Assembly (NCBI GenBank): GCA_963703285.1
Contig: OY969807.1
Span: forward strand, 1,664,001-1,728,000
DNA: 64,000 nt
From: an uncultured Nitrososphaerota archaeon
GTDB lineage: Archaea; Thermoproteota; Nitrososphaeria; Nitrososphaerales; Gagatemarchaeaceae
Reading direction: 5' to 3'
Position 1 is the stretch's first letter. Each line of letters opens with the position of its first letter. Positions 48,021 through 56,848 of this stretch are shown piece after piece. The notes under the pieces were generated by a model. That model was not told the origin of the DNA. It worked only from the letters and a program-made list of their open reading frames with translations, and ran no database searches. A program made the position numbers and the translations under genes.

Positions 48021-49136
48021 CTATGAAAAGAACGCCAGATACTGGAAGACGGAGAACAGCCCGGCCAGGCCTATGCACAGCACGACGTAGGTTACCTCGA
48101 GCTTCCTTCCCCTCAGCAGCACCGAGTAGCTGAGGAAGACCGGGAAGGCCGGCAGCAACAGCCTCGGGACGGAGAGGGCGACGAAGCCGACCCAGAAGAG
48201 CAGCGGCAGGGTCACCGACAGGCAGTACACGCACAGGAACACCCTGTGCTTGGCGCCCGTCTTGAGAAGGTACAGGGCGCCAAATAGATAGAAAGCCTCG
48301 AAGCAGATGTTCCTCACCAGCCAGTAGGGCGGGGTGAGACGGAGCCCGTCGGCGGCCCAAGGTTGGCAGGTGTATGAGCCGGGGGAGTTGACGCAGAGCA
48401 GGTAGTAGGCCTGCGTCAGCGGGTTCGCGAGTTTCACCCCCCACGGCGCTTCCAGCCTGATGAGGTCGAGATAGGCTCCTGTCTCGGCCCTGAGCCATAG
48501 CACTATCAGCGCACCCGTAACCAGAGGAAGGCCATAGAAGAGCAGGTCCCTCGGGCGCCGCCGGGTATCCAGGAGCGCGACAAGGAAGGAGGGGAGCGTC
48601 CAGGCGAGGTTGAAGAAGGTGAGGATGGCAGCGCTCACGGTAGCCGAGGCAGAAAGCACCCTGTCCTTCATCAACAGCAAAATCGAAGAAGCGAGGAAGA
48701 CGAGGACGACCACGTCTGAATAGGGAATCGTGGTGAAGAGCAGGTAGGTCGGGAAGAGCTCCGCCAGCAGGGCCGTCCTGTAGCCGAAGGCCTTGTACAG
48801 CAGCACCGGGAAGACGAAACTGAGGGCGTTCGTCACCACGTAAGCCGAGACCCACGCGCTGCCCAGCGCGTAGTAGACCGCCCTGATGAGCGCCGGATAG
48901 AGCGGAGAGAAGACATAGGGCGCTGACGGTCCGTATCCCTGGGTCGCGATGATCTGGTAGAAATCGCCGTCCCACTTTGTCGCCATCAGGTGGAGCAGGT
49001 CGGGCGAGGGGTCGAAGGGATAGACCGCGATGAACACGACCACCTTGCCGACCGCCAGAAGGAGGATGAGACGGAGTACCGGGGAAGCCCAGGCGTTCCG
49101 GAGGAGGTGCAGGCTTCGCCCTCCCTTGGAGTCCAT
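48021..49136 (-). CDS. GT-C membrane glycosyltransferase (PIG-V-like mannosyltransferase)
   Basis: KWDGDFYQIIATQGY...FSPLYP.L, multiple TM segments, SVPR...FP. Confidence 0.82.
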   Translation of the reverse strand: MDSKGGRSLHLLRNAWASPVLRLILLLAVGKVVVFIAVYPFDPSPDLLHLMATKWDGDFYQIIATQGYGPSAPYVFSPLYPALIRAVYYALGSAWVSAYVVTNALSFVFPVLLYKAFGYRTALLAELFPTYLLFTTIPYSDVVVLVFLASSILLLMKDRVLSASATVSAAILTFFNLAWTLPSFLVALLDTRRRPRDLLFYGLPLVTGALIVLWLRAETGAYLDLIRLEAPWGVKLANPLTQAYYLLCVNSPGSYTCQPWAADGLRLTPPYWLVRNICFEAFYLFGALYLLKTGAKHRVFLCVYCLSVTLPLLFWVGFVALSVPRLLLPAFPVFLSYSVLLRGRKLEVTYVVLCIGLAGLFSVFQYLAFFS

Positions 49137-49230
49137 GCCTTACCCCTCCCTGGCTCGGGCATATCTCCATTCAACAACAATCGTCTCGTCCTGAAAGAGT
49201 CTGGAGCCGCTAAGGGTTCTGATTGAACTG

Positions 49231-49254
49231 TTGGGACAAAACTATTAATCAGAA
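49231..49254 (+). promoter_or_regulatory. Copy of the 24-bp motif (TTGGGACAA-AACTAT-TAATCAGAA)
   Basis: Ends 26 nt before ATG 49281. Confidence 0.75.
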
Positions 49255-49280
49255 ACAAGAACCGCCGCAATCGAGTTGGA

Positions 49281-50486
49281 ATGACGCAGCAACGGCAGGG
49301 AATAGGGACGACCTTGATTGTCGTTGCCCTGGTCCTTGTCATCGTGGTGGGGACGATAGGCTTCGTAATGCTCAACCTTCAATCGCTTCCGCTTCCACGG
49401 ACCACCAGCGACTTGTACTCCCAATCCTCGACGTCCTTGGCGTCCACGACCGGACCGTCAGTGTCTTACTCGACAACCTCGTCTTCGGACCTCAGACTGC
49501 AGGTTACGCTGAATTCCAGCAGCATCCAATCGCAGGAGGAGGTCGCGGTCCAGATAGAGGTGCTCAACCTGCAGAGTCAGAACGTCTCCCTCACGGTCGT
49601 TCCCAACCAGAACATCTCGTCGTGGAACGCAGCGGACTTCTTCTGCAGCGTGAACCCCAGTCGCTCCCTCGTGGGCTTCGCCCTCTTCAGCGGGAACTTT
49701 GCAAGCGGGAACATCTCGGCGGCCGGTTCTCCGCTGCAGCTCGCTGCGTCGTCTGTGGTGTTACCGTGCCTCTACAGCCTGCCCCTGAACGACACCACGT
49801 TCCTTCCGGGCAGCGACAAGACCGTGTCCTTGAGCTACTACGGCCAGACCGAGGAGCCACCCTATCAGGTGACGGCGGAGGTGAACGCGTCCACCGGTTA
49901 CTGCGGCGAATCTCTCACGGCTGGGGCCTGTCAGGGGACCTCGGGGATCCTCGGCTACTGGAGCGCCGGTCTCGTAGGGAACTCGTCGCTGGGCTCCAAT
50001 GACTTCACATACCTTCCTGCCGGAGACTACACAATAGCGGCGATGGACGACTGGGGCCAGACTGTCTACGCTCACTTCGACGTGACGCCTGCCGCGATTA
50101 CGACGACCTCAGCATCGAGCGATTGCATCATCAGCGCGGAGGGCACCGGCTTCTACGTGACCGTGCTCTCCGACTCGGGCCAGCCGATACAAGGAGTCCA
50201 AGTCTCGGGCACCCGGGTCACCCAAGTGAACGACGCGACCTGCCAGCAGGGCATAGGCACGTATGTCACGAACTCCACCGGCAGCGTCCTCATCACCCCG
50301 AACATAGGCAGCTACTACCTGCTCTCCATCATGTACCAAGGCAAGAACTATACAACCAAGGCGCCGATCGAGCCCATGACGACCACCTACGTGACCCTCA
50401 AGGTCCCGTCGGGCAATGTCACAATCAGCGAAGTCTTCGAAGGAGGCTGCCAGACGAACTCCGAAGGAGTCAACTGCCCAGGCTAG
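49281..50486 (+). CDS. Two-module exported surface protein
   Basis: QRQG-IG.. class III signal-like N-terminus; first module related to 52021..53013, second to 8440..9240. Confidence 0.88.
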   Translation: MTQQRQGIGTTLIVVALVLVIVVGTIGFVMLNLQSLPLPRTTSDLYSQSSTSLASTTGPSVSYSTTSSSDLRLQVTLNSSSIQSQEEVAVQIEVLNLQSQNVSLTVVPNQNISSWNAADFFCSVNPSRSLVGFALFSGNFASGNISAAGSPLQLAASSVVLPCLYSLPLNDTTFLPGSDKTVSLSYYGQTEEPPYQVTAEVNASTGYCGESLTAGACQGTSGILGYWSAGLVGNSSLGSNDFTYLPAGDYTIAAMDDWGQTVYAHFDVTPAAITTTSASSDCIISAEGTGFYVTVLSDSGQPIQGVQVSGTRVTQVNDATCQQGIGTYVTNSTGSVLITPNIGSYYLLSIMYQGKNYTTKAPIEPMTTTYVTLKVPSGNVTISEVFEGGCQTNSEGVNCPG

Positions 50487-50531
50487 CAGCTCCGGCCTCG
50501 GGGCCCACGCAATTCGCATACTGAAGCCCTG

Positions 50532-50552
50532 TTCGGACAAAACTAATCGAGA
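50532..50552 (+). promoter_or_regulatory. Orphan copy of the motif with a 3-bp spacer deletion (TTCGGACAA-AAC-TAATCGAGA)
   Basis: Downstream of 50486; no sense ORF follows. Confidence 0.65.
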
Positions 50553-50575
50553 TCGAGTTCGCCGTGTTGGGAATC

Positions 50576-51019
50576 TTAGTCAGGGGTGATCTTAATCGCC
50601 TGCGTGATATCAACCGCGACGCTCTGCGAAGTATTTGCCGGTGCTATATCGAAAAAGACAAGATAGTAGGAGCCTTTGGCTAAAGACAAGTTCAGAGCGA
50701 CCGAGTTCACATAACCACTCGAAAAGAAGTAATCAGTCGGAGGCTCATACGGCCCCACGTACCTGAACTGCGTCGAGTTCACTACGAACACCTGAATCTG
50801 AAAGTTCGCCTTTAGTGAACCCGAGACATTCGAAGCTTGGGAAACGGAGAAGGGGATGAATGCATCACTCTCAGGGTTAACGTGCACACTCGTCCCCTGG
50901 GCGGCTATCACACCCGAATTTGCATTCCAGCTCGGTAGGAGCACAAGTCCCAGCAAGGTCAAGGCGAGCAGCATCACCGAGAAGAGAGCGGCCCGCCCCA
51001 TATGCGACCTCAGGTTCAC
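50576..51019 (-). CDS. Small exported beta-sandwich protein
   Basis: Signal/TM segment, VFVVNSTQF, GSYYLVFF. Confidence 0.75.
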   Translation of the reverse strand: MNLRSHMGRAALFSVMLLALTLLGLVLLPSWNANSGVIAAQGTSVHVNPESDAFIPFSVSQASNVSGSLKANFQIQVFVVNSTQFRYVGPYEPPTDYFFSSGYVNSVALNLSLAKGSYYLVFFDIAPANTSQSVAVDITQAIKITPD

Positions 51020-51875
51020 TGGTTCCCACCCTTCTCCTGTGAAGGTCCTCCCGAAGCAAGGGCAGAGGCCGGGTTCACCGGTGGGAAATTCGCTCCGCCT
51101 TTATGTCCAACGACCTCCCGCACATAGTCGAAAAATTCACTGGTCACCAAGACGAGAAGAGCAGCAACGGCTATCCAGAACACATAATCAATCAGGTAGT
51201 ACCCGGCGTTCACCTGGACGCAACTGATGACGCCGAACGTAGTGCTGTCGCAGTAGTTGTAAGCCACGAATGGATTGAAGGGAGAATGGCCATTGAACAG
51301 CTCGGGGTAACCCGAAGAGGAATTGTCAAGCCCGAATGTCAGGAGAATCAGCGTCCCCACTGGAACAGCACCCTTCAAGATGCGGGACAACGACGCCGTA
51401 ACATTCTGCCTCGCCGGCTCAATCCAGCTGGGCATTGCATAGATCATGGCGCCGACCAGAGGCGTCCAGAAGACCACATTGTACCAGATGGTCGAACCGT
51501 CGTAGTATGGACTGCTCGTGCAACTGCTTCCACCGGTAAAGCCCGTCGGTGACGTCGCGTTGGGAATCTGGATGTTGGTACACGAATAGGTAGTCTGATC
51601 TCCTTGTATAGGCGAACCGTTCCCGGCGGTGGCAATGTAGATCAAGAGTATCAGGGAGGGGCGAGGATAATGGTCATCGTGAGGTAGGTCAGGCGCCTCC
51701 CCTTTGGCAGCCCCAGTCCAGCGATGACCAGGGCCAGACTGGCAAGGTAGGCGACCGCCCCTATGAAAAACGGGCCGAACCCCGACGGGTCGGAATAGTA
51801 GACTACGAAGGCGCTGAAGAGTGCTAGAGCGACCAAGGTCCACTCGAAGCCACGAACGTCGCTGTGCGAAGTCAT
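51016..51875 (-). pseudogene. Frameshifted multi-TM membrane protein
   Basis: TM-rich frame MTSHSD...TIILA stops at 51651; TM-rich sequence SLILLIYIAT continues in another frame, break ~51658. Confidence 0.7.
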
Positions 51876-51977
51876 CTGCCATCGGTTGAACCCCACGCGG
51901 TAGGATAAAACACGATTGTGTAGTTCCACTACCTGAGAATACATCTGCCGTGCTAAACAATCGTCTCCACTGGGTCG

Positions 51978-52001
51978 GTCGGACAAAACTATTAATCAGA
52001 A
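51978..52001 (+). promoter_or_regulatory. Copy of the 24-bp motif (GTCGGACAA-AACTAT-TAATCAGAA)
   Basis: Ends 19 nt before GTG 52021. Confidence 0.78.
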
Positions 52002-52020
52002 AAGCGCGCTCGGCCGAATC

Positions 52021-53013
52021 GTGAAGCGCAGGACGCTAGTCCTGTTCGTGGCCGTCGTCACCGTCGCAGCGGCCGCGCTGCTGGCGTCGACGTTCGTGCT
52101 GGTGTCGGGCCTCACGCTCCATGACCAGGGCGCCGTCCGCTTCGGTGCCTCGCTCAACGCTACTACGGTCGCCCAGGCTCAGGCGGTGAGGGTCTACGTC
52201 GACGACTGGAACACGCTCGACTTCAAGAACTCGCTCCCGCTGTCGAATTCGCAGATGGCCGCAGGCCTCTCCTCCGGCCCGTGTGGTGGCCCCTATCCCG
52301 GCGGGATTGCGGTGTACAAGGGGGAGTACGACATGAGCAACGTCTCCTCGGCGACGCCCCTCCCGTTCTATGCCCCTGGGACCTACTTCTGCACTGAGCT
52401 ATCCTTCGCGAACTCGTTCACCTTCGGCCCGCACCAGAACGTCACCGCCTACTTCGACCTCGACGGCTACTACGTGACAACGAACGCTACCGCGGGCGCA
52501 TTTTCATCATATGTGCTCCAGCCGTACGCGCCCGGCGTCTACACGGTCGTCGCCGGCGACCCGCTGGGGCACACCAGGGTCATGTACTTCCGCGTGACCG
52601 GGACGACGGGGACGGCTGTAGCCCAGGAGCGAAGCGGGCCCGTGAGCACCTTCCCCGCGACGTGGCTAAACCCGTGCGACACGAGCGCATCGGGCAACGT
52701 CACCACGGCGGTGTACCTAGGGTTGAACGGAAGCTCTGCCTTCGATCACATCAACCTCGGCCAAGTCTACTCGCAGATCGTCAACTCGTCCGGGTTCTCG
52801 TTCCAGTCCGTTGGGCGGGGATGGGTGGTCTCGACGTGGTACGAGATCGGGGGCACCGGCGATGGCGCGAGCAACGGGCAGGTCGTGGTCTCGTTCATAC
52901 TCATCAGCGACGGCGTGCCCTCGGGGTACGCCAACGCCTACTACAACCCGGCGAGCGGGACGGTGGACGGCGTCACGTCAGGGGCGCTCCCGACGGCGAG
53001 CTGCGCGACCTGA
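52021..53013 (+). CDS. Two-module exported surface protein
   Basis: Signal/TM segment; SLNATTV..AVRV...G.A.Y.G.Y...N.S.A.PL...PGVYTVVAGD.LG...MYF.VT matches the first module of 49281. Confidence 0.85.
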   Translation: MKRRTLVLFVAVVTVAAAALLASTFVLVSGLTLHDQGAVRFGASLNATTVAQAQAVRVYVDDWNTLDFKNSLPLSNSQMAAGLSSGPCGGPYPGGIAVYKGEYDMSNVSSATPLPFYAPGTYFCTELSFANSFTFGPHQNVTAYFDLDGYYVTTNATAGAFSSYVLQPYAPGVYTVVAGDPLGHTRVMYFRVTGTTGTAVAQERSGPVSTFPATWLNPCDTSASGNVTTAVYLGLNGSSAFDHINLGQVYSQIVNSSGFSFQSVGRGWVVSTWYEIGGTGDGASNGQVVVSFILISDGVPSGYANAYYNPASGTVDGVTSGALPTASCAT

Positions 53014-53082
53014 GAGTAGAGCGCGGCTAGGTCGGATTGACCAGAAAAGGAGGTACTCGGCTGGAACCTGCGCTGCCTCCTA

Positions 53083-53154
53083 GGCCCTCCTCATCCCGCT
53101 CCAGGAGCCTGTCAGCGCCGGCGGTGGCGATCATCTTATTCTCCCTAAGGTACG
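53083..53154 (-). pseudogene. Internal fragment of a second rpl10e allele
   Basis: Aligns to 56445-56514 (LRENKMIATAGADRL..GMR) with mostly synonymous differences and indels. Confidence 0.85.
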
Positions 53155-53193
53155 GGTTCCTGTATTGGGTTCATTGCGCCTTCGTGCTTGGCT

Positions 53194-53532
53194 TCATACA
53201 GGCGTCCTGATTTCATTCCCGATCCGCTGCATCGCCTGCCCGCACATCGTACCAGGATTCCCGACCATCACGCAGTACCTGTAGCTCAGAGGTCCAATCA
53301 GCAAAGGCGACATGTCGACCACCCTGACGGCGCCGACGCCGAGACACGCGTACATCACCGATGCAGAGGAGGAACCTGGTGTGGGGTGCCACGTCGCGCA
53401 TCCTGGTCCAGCGAACAGTGTAGAGCTTTCGCACACCGGGGCGGAGACGGAGATCGGCACAATCGGAGCAAGGAAGAGCACAAGGAAAGCGATGGGCGCC
53501 GCCAAGCTGAGGGCTATTCTTGTGGCTCGCAC
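53194..53532 (-). CDS. Small Cys-rich membrane protein (FxxPIV...SxxY family)
   Basis: TM helix, FLAPIVP, SASVMYACLGVG. Confidence 0.7.
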   Translation of the reverse strand: MRATRIALSLAAPIAFLVLFLAPIVPISVSAPVCESSTLFAGPGCATWHPTPGSSSASVMYACLGVGAVRVVDMSPLLIGPLSYRYCVMVGNPGTMCGQAMQRIGNEIRTPV

Positions 53533-53563
53533 CAGAGAACCACCGTAGGTTTCACGACGCGCC

Positions 53564-53587
53564 TTCTGTAATACGTGTTTGTCCGAA
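53564..53587 (-). promoter_or_regulatory. Copy of the 24-bp motif (TTCGGACAA-ACACGT-ATTACAGAA)
   Basis: Ends 31 nt before the start at 53532. Confidence 0.65.
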
Positions 53588-53638
53588 CGCGTTCAGATGC
53601 TCAAAGATTGTTGGAAACGAGCCCCACCAGCAGGTTCC

Positions 53639-54271
53639 TCATGGGTACGCGGTACGATTCTCAAACCAGGTCAACCACAGCGCCCGGAAACGTGCGACAC
53701 CCAGCAAGAGGAAAGGCAGGGTCGAGACCAGCACTAAGATAGACACGAGACCCAGCCCCGCAAGATAGAAGTTGCTCGGGTCGAGCGCGACAGCACCCTC
53801 AAAATAAACGGGGAGCGACAATATGTAGAACTTGATTATGAAGAAGAATGCGAACAGGACGCCGGCGAAGAAAGTGGCGGACGCAAGCAACGTCAAGGCG
53901 TAGACCATCCTTCTGTATCGCTCGACGCCCGGTGGGACGATTCTCTCGAAGAGCACGAAGGCGATGAGGGGGTATCCTATGATGAGGGTGAGAGCGAGAG
54001 AAGCTTCCGCGACGAGCAGGGTAGGCTGGGGAAGTCCGCCTTGTTCGGTGATGCCGGTCGAGCCACCGCTAGAGATCAACACCCACCCCGGCGGCAGAAT
54101 CTGCTCCCTGACCCACGACATGAAGACCGAGGCCAGCGGCACATCCGACGCCCCGCCGAAGAGAAACGACCGCAGGTTGACCGGGAATGCGAACAACACG
54201 AGAAAGAGGGCGGACAGGCTGGCCAGTACGACCTTGACCCTGTGAGCCGCAACGGGGAGCGGCGCCTGCAT
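53639..54271 (-). CDS. TatC-like membrane protein, shortened and divergent
   Basis: LP.GW.LI, SL...IIGYPLI....I.P, FFAGVLFAFF.I, NFY...LP; lacks the C-terminal TM segments of TatC. Confidence 0.55.
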   Translation of the reverse strand: MQAPLPVAAHRVKVVLASLSALFLVLFAFPVNLRSFLFGGASDVPLASVFMSWVREQILPPGWVLISSGGSTGITEQGGLPQPTLLVAEASLALTLIIGYPLIAFVLFERIVPPGVERYRRMVYALTLLASATFFAGVLFAFFFIIKFYILSLPVYFEGAVALDPSNFYLAGLGLVSILVLVSTLPFLLLGVARFRALWLTWFENRTAYP

Positions 54272-54387
54272 TGGAGGTCTGAAAGTGGGCCTCCGAGATA
54301 AAAGCATGTTGGGCTTCTGGGAGCATTCGATCCCAGCGGCGCATCCCTCAGAAGGGGAACGCCGACCTTCAGGTACTCAGGAAGAAC

Positions 54388-54422
54388 GGTCGTGCAGTTC
54401 AGGCGGCGACAGGCGCCTCGGC
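54388..54422 (-). repeat. Copy of the rpl10e 3' end and stop region
   Basis: 30/35 identical to 56224-56258 (AEAPVAA* vs AEAPVAV*); all five differences are transitions. Confidence 0.8.
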
Positions 54423-54469
54423 CGGCACATCATCGACATCACCGTGGGTGCCCTGCTTCTCTCTCCGCC

Positions 54470-55945
54470 TCAGCAGTAGAAGGTGACTATCCATCCCGAC
54501 TGGCCATTGTACGTCCCGTAGACCCCGCCCCAACCCGACATCATCGCCGCTGGTACGGTGCCCTCCGGACCGGCGAAGAAGTAGCTGGACCAGACTCCTC
54601 CGGACCCGTCGCTGCCACTCGGAGCGACCCACGTGTTCCCGTACGCGTCGGTGAACGTCGCTCCCGCGGGCATGAGCGTCCCGTCTGTCGTGCTGGGGCA
54701 GACGAGCATTGGTGCCGCCTCAGAATAGCTCGCTGAGAAGGACGTGGCGCCCGAGACGCTCGACGTGCCGGAGCACCCTCCACTGCAGTCATAGGTCGCA
54801 CTCGCGGCGGTCACGGGGGTGTCGTAGGAATAGTCGAGGCTCCCCGTCATCTGCACGGTGATGCCCGCCCCGGTCCCCGTATAGTCCTCGGAAGGGAAGG
54901 GTCCCCATGAAGCCGTGACCCCCCAGGTCACGCCGGAGGCGGGGACTCCGCTCTGGTCGAAGGTGACGGTGTAACAGGGGACGGCATTCGGGGAGTTCTC
55001 GACGACCCCGGCTGTGAAGTCGCCGCAGTAGTCGTTGACGGTGGCTGCGTTGAGGATGAACGTGCCAAAGGAGCCATTGGGACCCGCCGCGCCAGAGGGT
55101 GAACCATCGCCGCCGTTGCCGCCGAAGCCGCCGGAACCGAACGAGGGCGTAATCCCCCCATCGTTGTTGATTGCGCCAGCGTTCACCATGCCATCGCCTC
55201 CTATTCCACCATCGCCGCCGTTGCCGCCGAAGCCGCTCGAGGCGAAGCCGCCGTTACCGCCGTTGCCACCATCGCCACCGTTACCGGTTATCGCCCCTTG
55301 ATTGTTGATGGTGCCTCCGAAGGGGCCAGCGGAGAGGATCCAAAAGCCGGAGCCCCCGGCGCCGCCGGGTCCGCCATTGCCCCCGTTGCCGCCGAAGCCG
55401 CCCGCTCCGCCAGCGCCACCGTTGCCGCCCGTGCCTATGACGGTCCCTTGGTTGTTGATGGTGGCCAATCCGGCGTCGAGGATGCCGTAGCCACCATCTC
55501 CCCCGGGGCCGCCTCCCGAACTTGACCCAACACCATCGCCGCCGGCACCCCCGTTGCCGCCTGTGCCCGCGAGCGTCCCTTGGATGTTGATCGTGCCTAA
55601 GTTGTCGACGCCGTCGCCACCGTCACCACCCTCTCCGCCTGCACCGGCGCCGGGGGCTCCGACTCCACCATTAGCACCCGAGGCGGCGACGGTCACGCCT
55701 AAACCCACGTCCAGGACCGTCCCCGAGGAGATGGTAAGAGTCGACGCAATCGAGCAAGTGTCGGTCGCCCCACTCCAGGTACCGGATAGAGGGCCGGGGC
55801 ACACAGTCGCGCCGTCAGAAACGGTGACCGAGATGACCGTCTGAGCGTGCGCGGCCGGGACATGCAGTCCGGCCGTGGCAATCAGGAGGAGAAGGGCCAC
55901 GGCGAGCGTCAGCGGGAAGCCCCGAAGCGAGACCGGCTTCCTCAC
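54470..55945 (-). CDS. Secreted glycine-rich (PGRS-like repeat) protein
   Basis: Signal peptide ending AHA-Q; GGNGGAGG tracts alternating with TINNQG strands. Confidence 0.88.
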   Translation of the reverse strand: MRKPVSLRGFPLTLAVALLLLIATAGLHVPAAHAQTVISVTVSDGATVCPGPLSGTWSGATDTCSIASTLTISSGTVLDVGLGVTVAASGANGGVGAPGAGAGGEGGDGGDGVDNLGTINIQGTLAGTGGNGGAGGDGVGSSSGGGPGGDGGYGILDAGLATINNQGTVIGTGGNGGAGGAGGFGGNGGNGGPGGAGGSGFWILSAGPFGGTINNQGAITGNGGDGGNGGNGGFASSGFGGNGGDGGIGGDGMVNAGAINNDGGITPSFGSGGFGGNGGDGSPSGAAGPNGSFGTFILNAATVNDYCGDFTAGVVENSPNAVPCYTVTFDQSGVPASGVTWGVTASWGPFPSEDYTGTGAGITVQMTGSLDYSYDTPVTAASATYDCSGGCSGTSSVSGATSFSASYSEAAPMLVCPSTTDGTLMPAGATFTDAYGNTWVAPSGSDGSGGVWSSYFFAGPEGTVPAAMMSGWGGVYGTYNGQSGWIVTFYC

Positions 55946-56234
55946 GACCGGACTCCGGCCCCCGAAAGACGACCATTTCCTTTCTCTAGAATGAGCCCCG
56001 CCGCAGTCCCGTCACTCAGGATTGCTCCTATGTCGGCCACTGCCTCTCTTTCCTCCTGCCGAGGATAAAAGTCCTTTGAGAGGGGTCTCTCCAGAGGGCC
56101 TCGGGGCCCGACGCGGTTCGCACGTAGAAGCCTGGAGCTCATGTGACGGTAACTCGCAGAGCGATTGAAGCTTCAGCCCGCTGACTTGCGCGCGTGTGCT
56201 AAGGCTCAGGAGATGGTTCCTGTGGTCGCGTAGC

Positions 56235-56780
56235 TCAGACGGCGACAGGCGCTTCGGCTTCCTCGACCTCTGCCTCTGGAGCCTTGGCGTCCTCCGAGAC
56301 CTTGACCTCCGTCAGCATCGGCAGCTTCGCCTTGGCCGCATGCAGCGCCTTCTTCCCCAGCTCGAGGTCGGCCGCCTTCACGTGAAGCTCGAGAACCGTC
56401 GTCCCGATGTCAACCCGCGCAGCGACGCCGATGGGCTTCCCGAACGCCTTCCTCATCCCCTCCTGGAGCCTGTCTGCGCCGGCGGTGGCGATCATTTTAT
56501 TTTCGCGGAGTACGATATGAGGGTACGTCCTCACGACTAGGTAGTACCCTTCCTCTCCCAGAGATACGAGCTTCTTGTTCGCCGCGACGCGGGCCGACTC
56601 CAGCGCGTTCGAGCGAATCTGTACTCTGCCCTTGGAGATCAGTCTTATGACGTAAGCGTAGTCGGTGGCGTACTTACCAGTGGTGAACCTGGCTATCTTC
56701 GGGTTGGGCGTGCCAGGAGCATACTTCTTGGAATATGCCTGACTTTTAACCTCGCGGTAGTTACTCCCGTGGAAGGCTAA
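56235..56780 (-). CDS. rpl10e: 50S ribosomal protein L10e (uL16)
   Basis: HGSNYR, QIRSNALESARVAANK, YPHIVLRENK, GADRLQEGMRKAFGKP; no ATG/GTG/TTG at the expected start. Confidence 0.96.
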   Translation of the reverse strand, partial: LAFHGSNYREVKSQAYSKKYAPGTPNPKIARFTTGKYATDYAYVIRLISKGRVQIRSNALESARVAANKKLVSLGEEGYYLVVRTYPHIVLRENKMIATAGADRLQEGMRKAFGKPIGVAARVDIGTTVLELHVKAADLELGKKALHAAKAKLPMLTEVKVSEDAKAPEAEVEEAEAPVAV

Positions 56781-56848
56781 TCTCCTCTATTTTCTTCGCC
56801 GAGCCCCAGCCGTTTAAATATACTTCGGTGAACTCACGACTCCACGGC

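Noticed and set aside
946-53587. Canonical integron with attC array
   Set aside because: No IntI gene here, sites are dispersed in both orientations, and most lack a full R-L-L-R hairpin; kept only as an unassigned motif.
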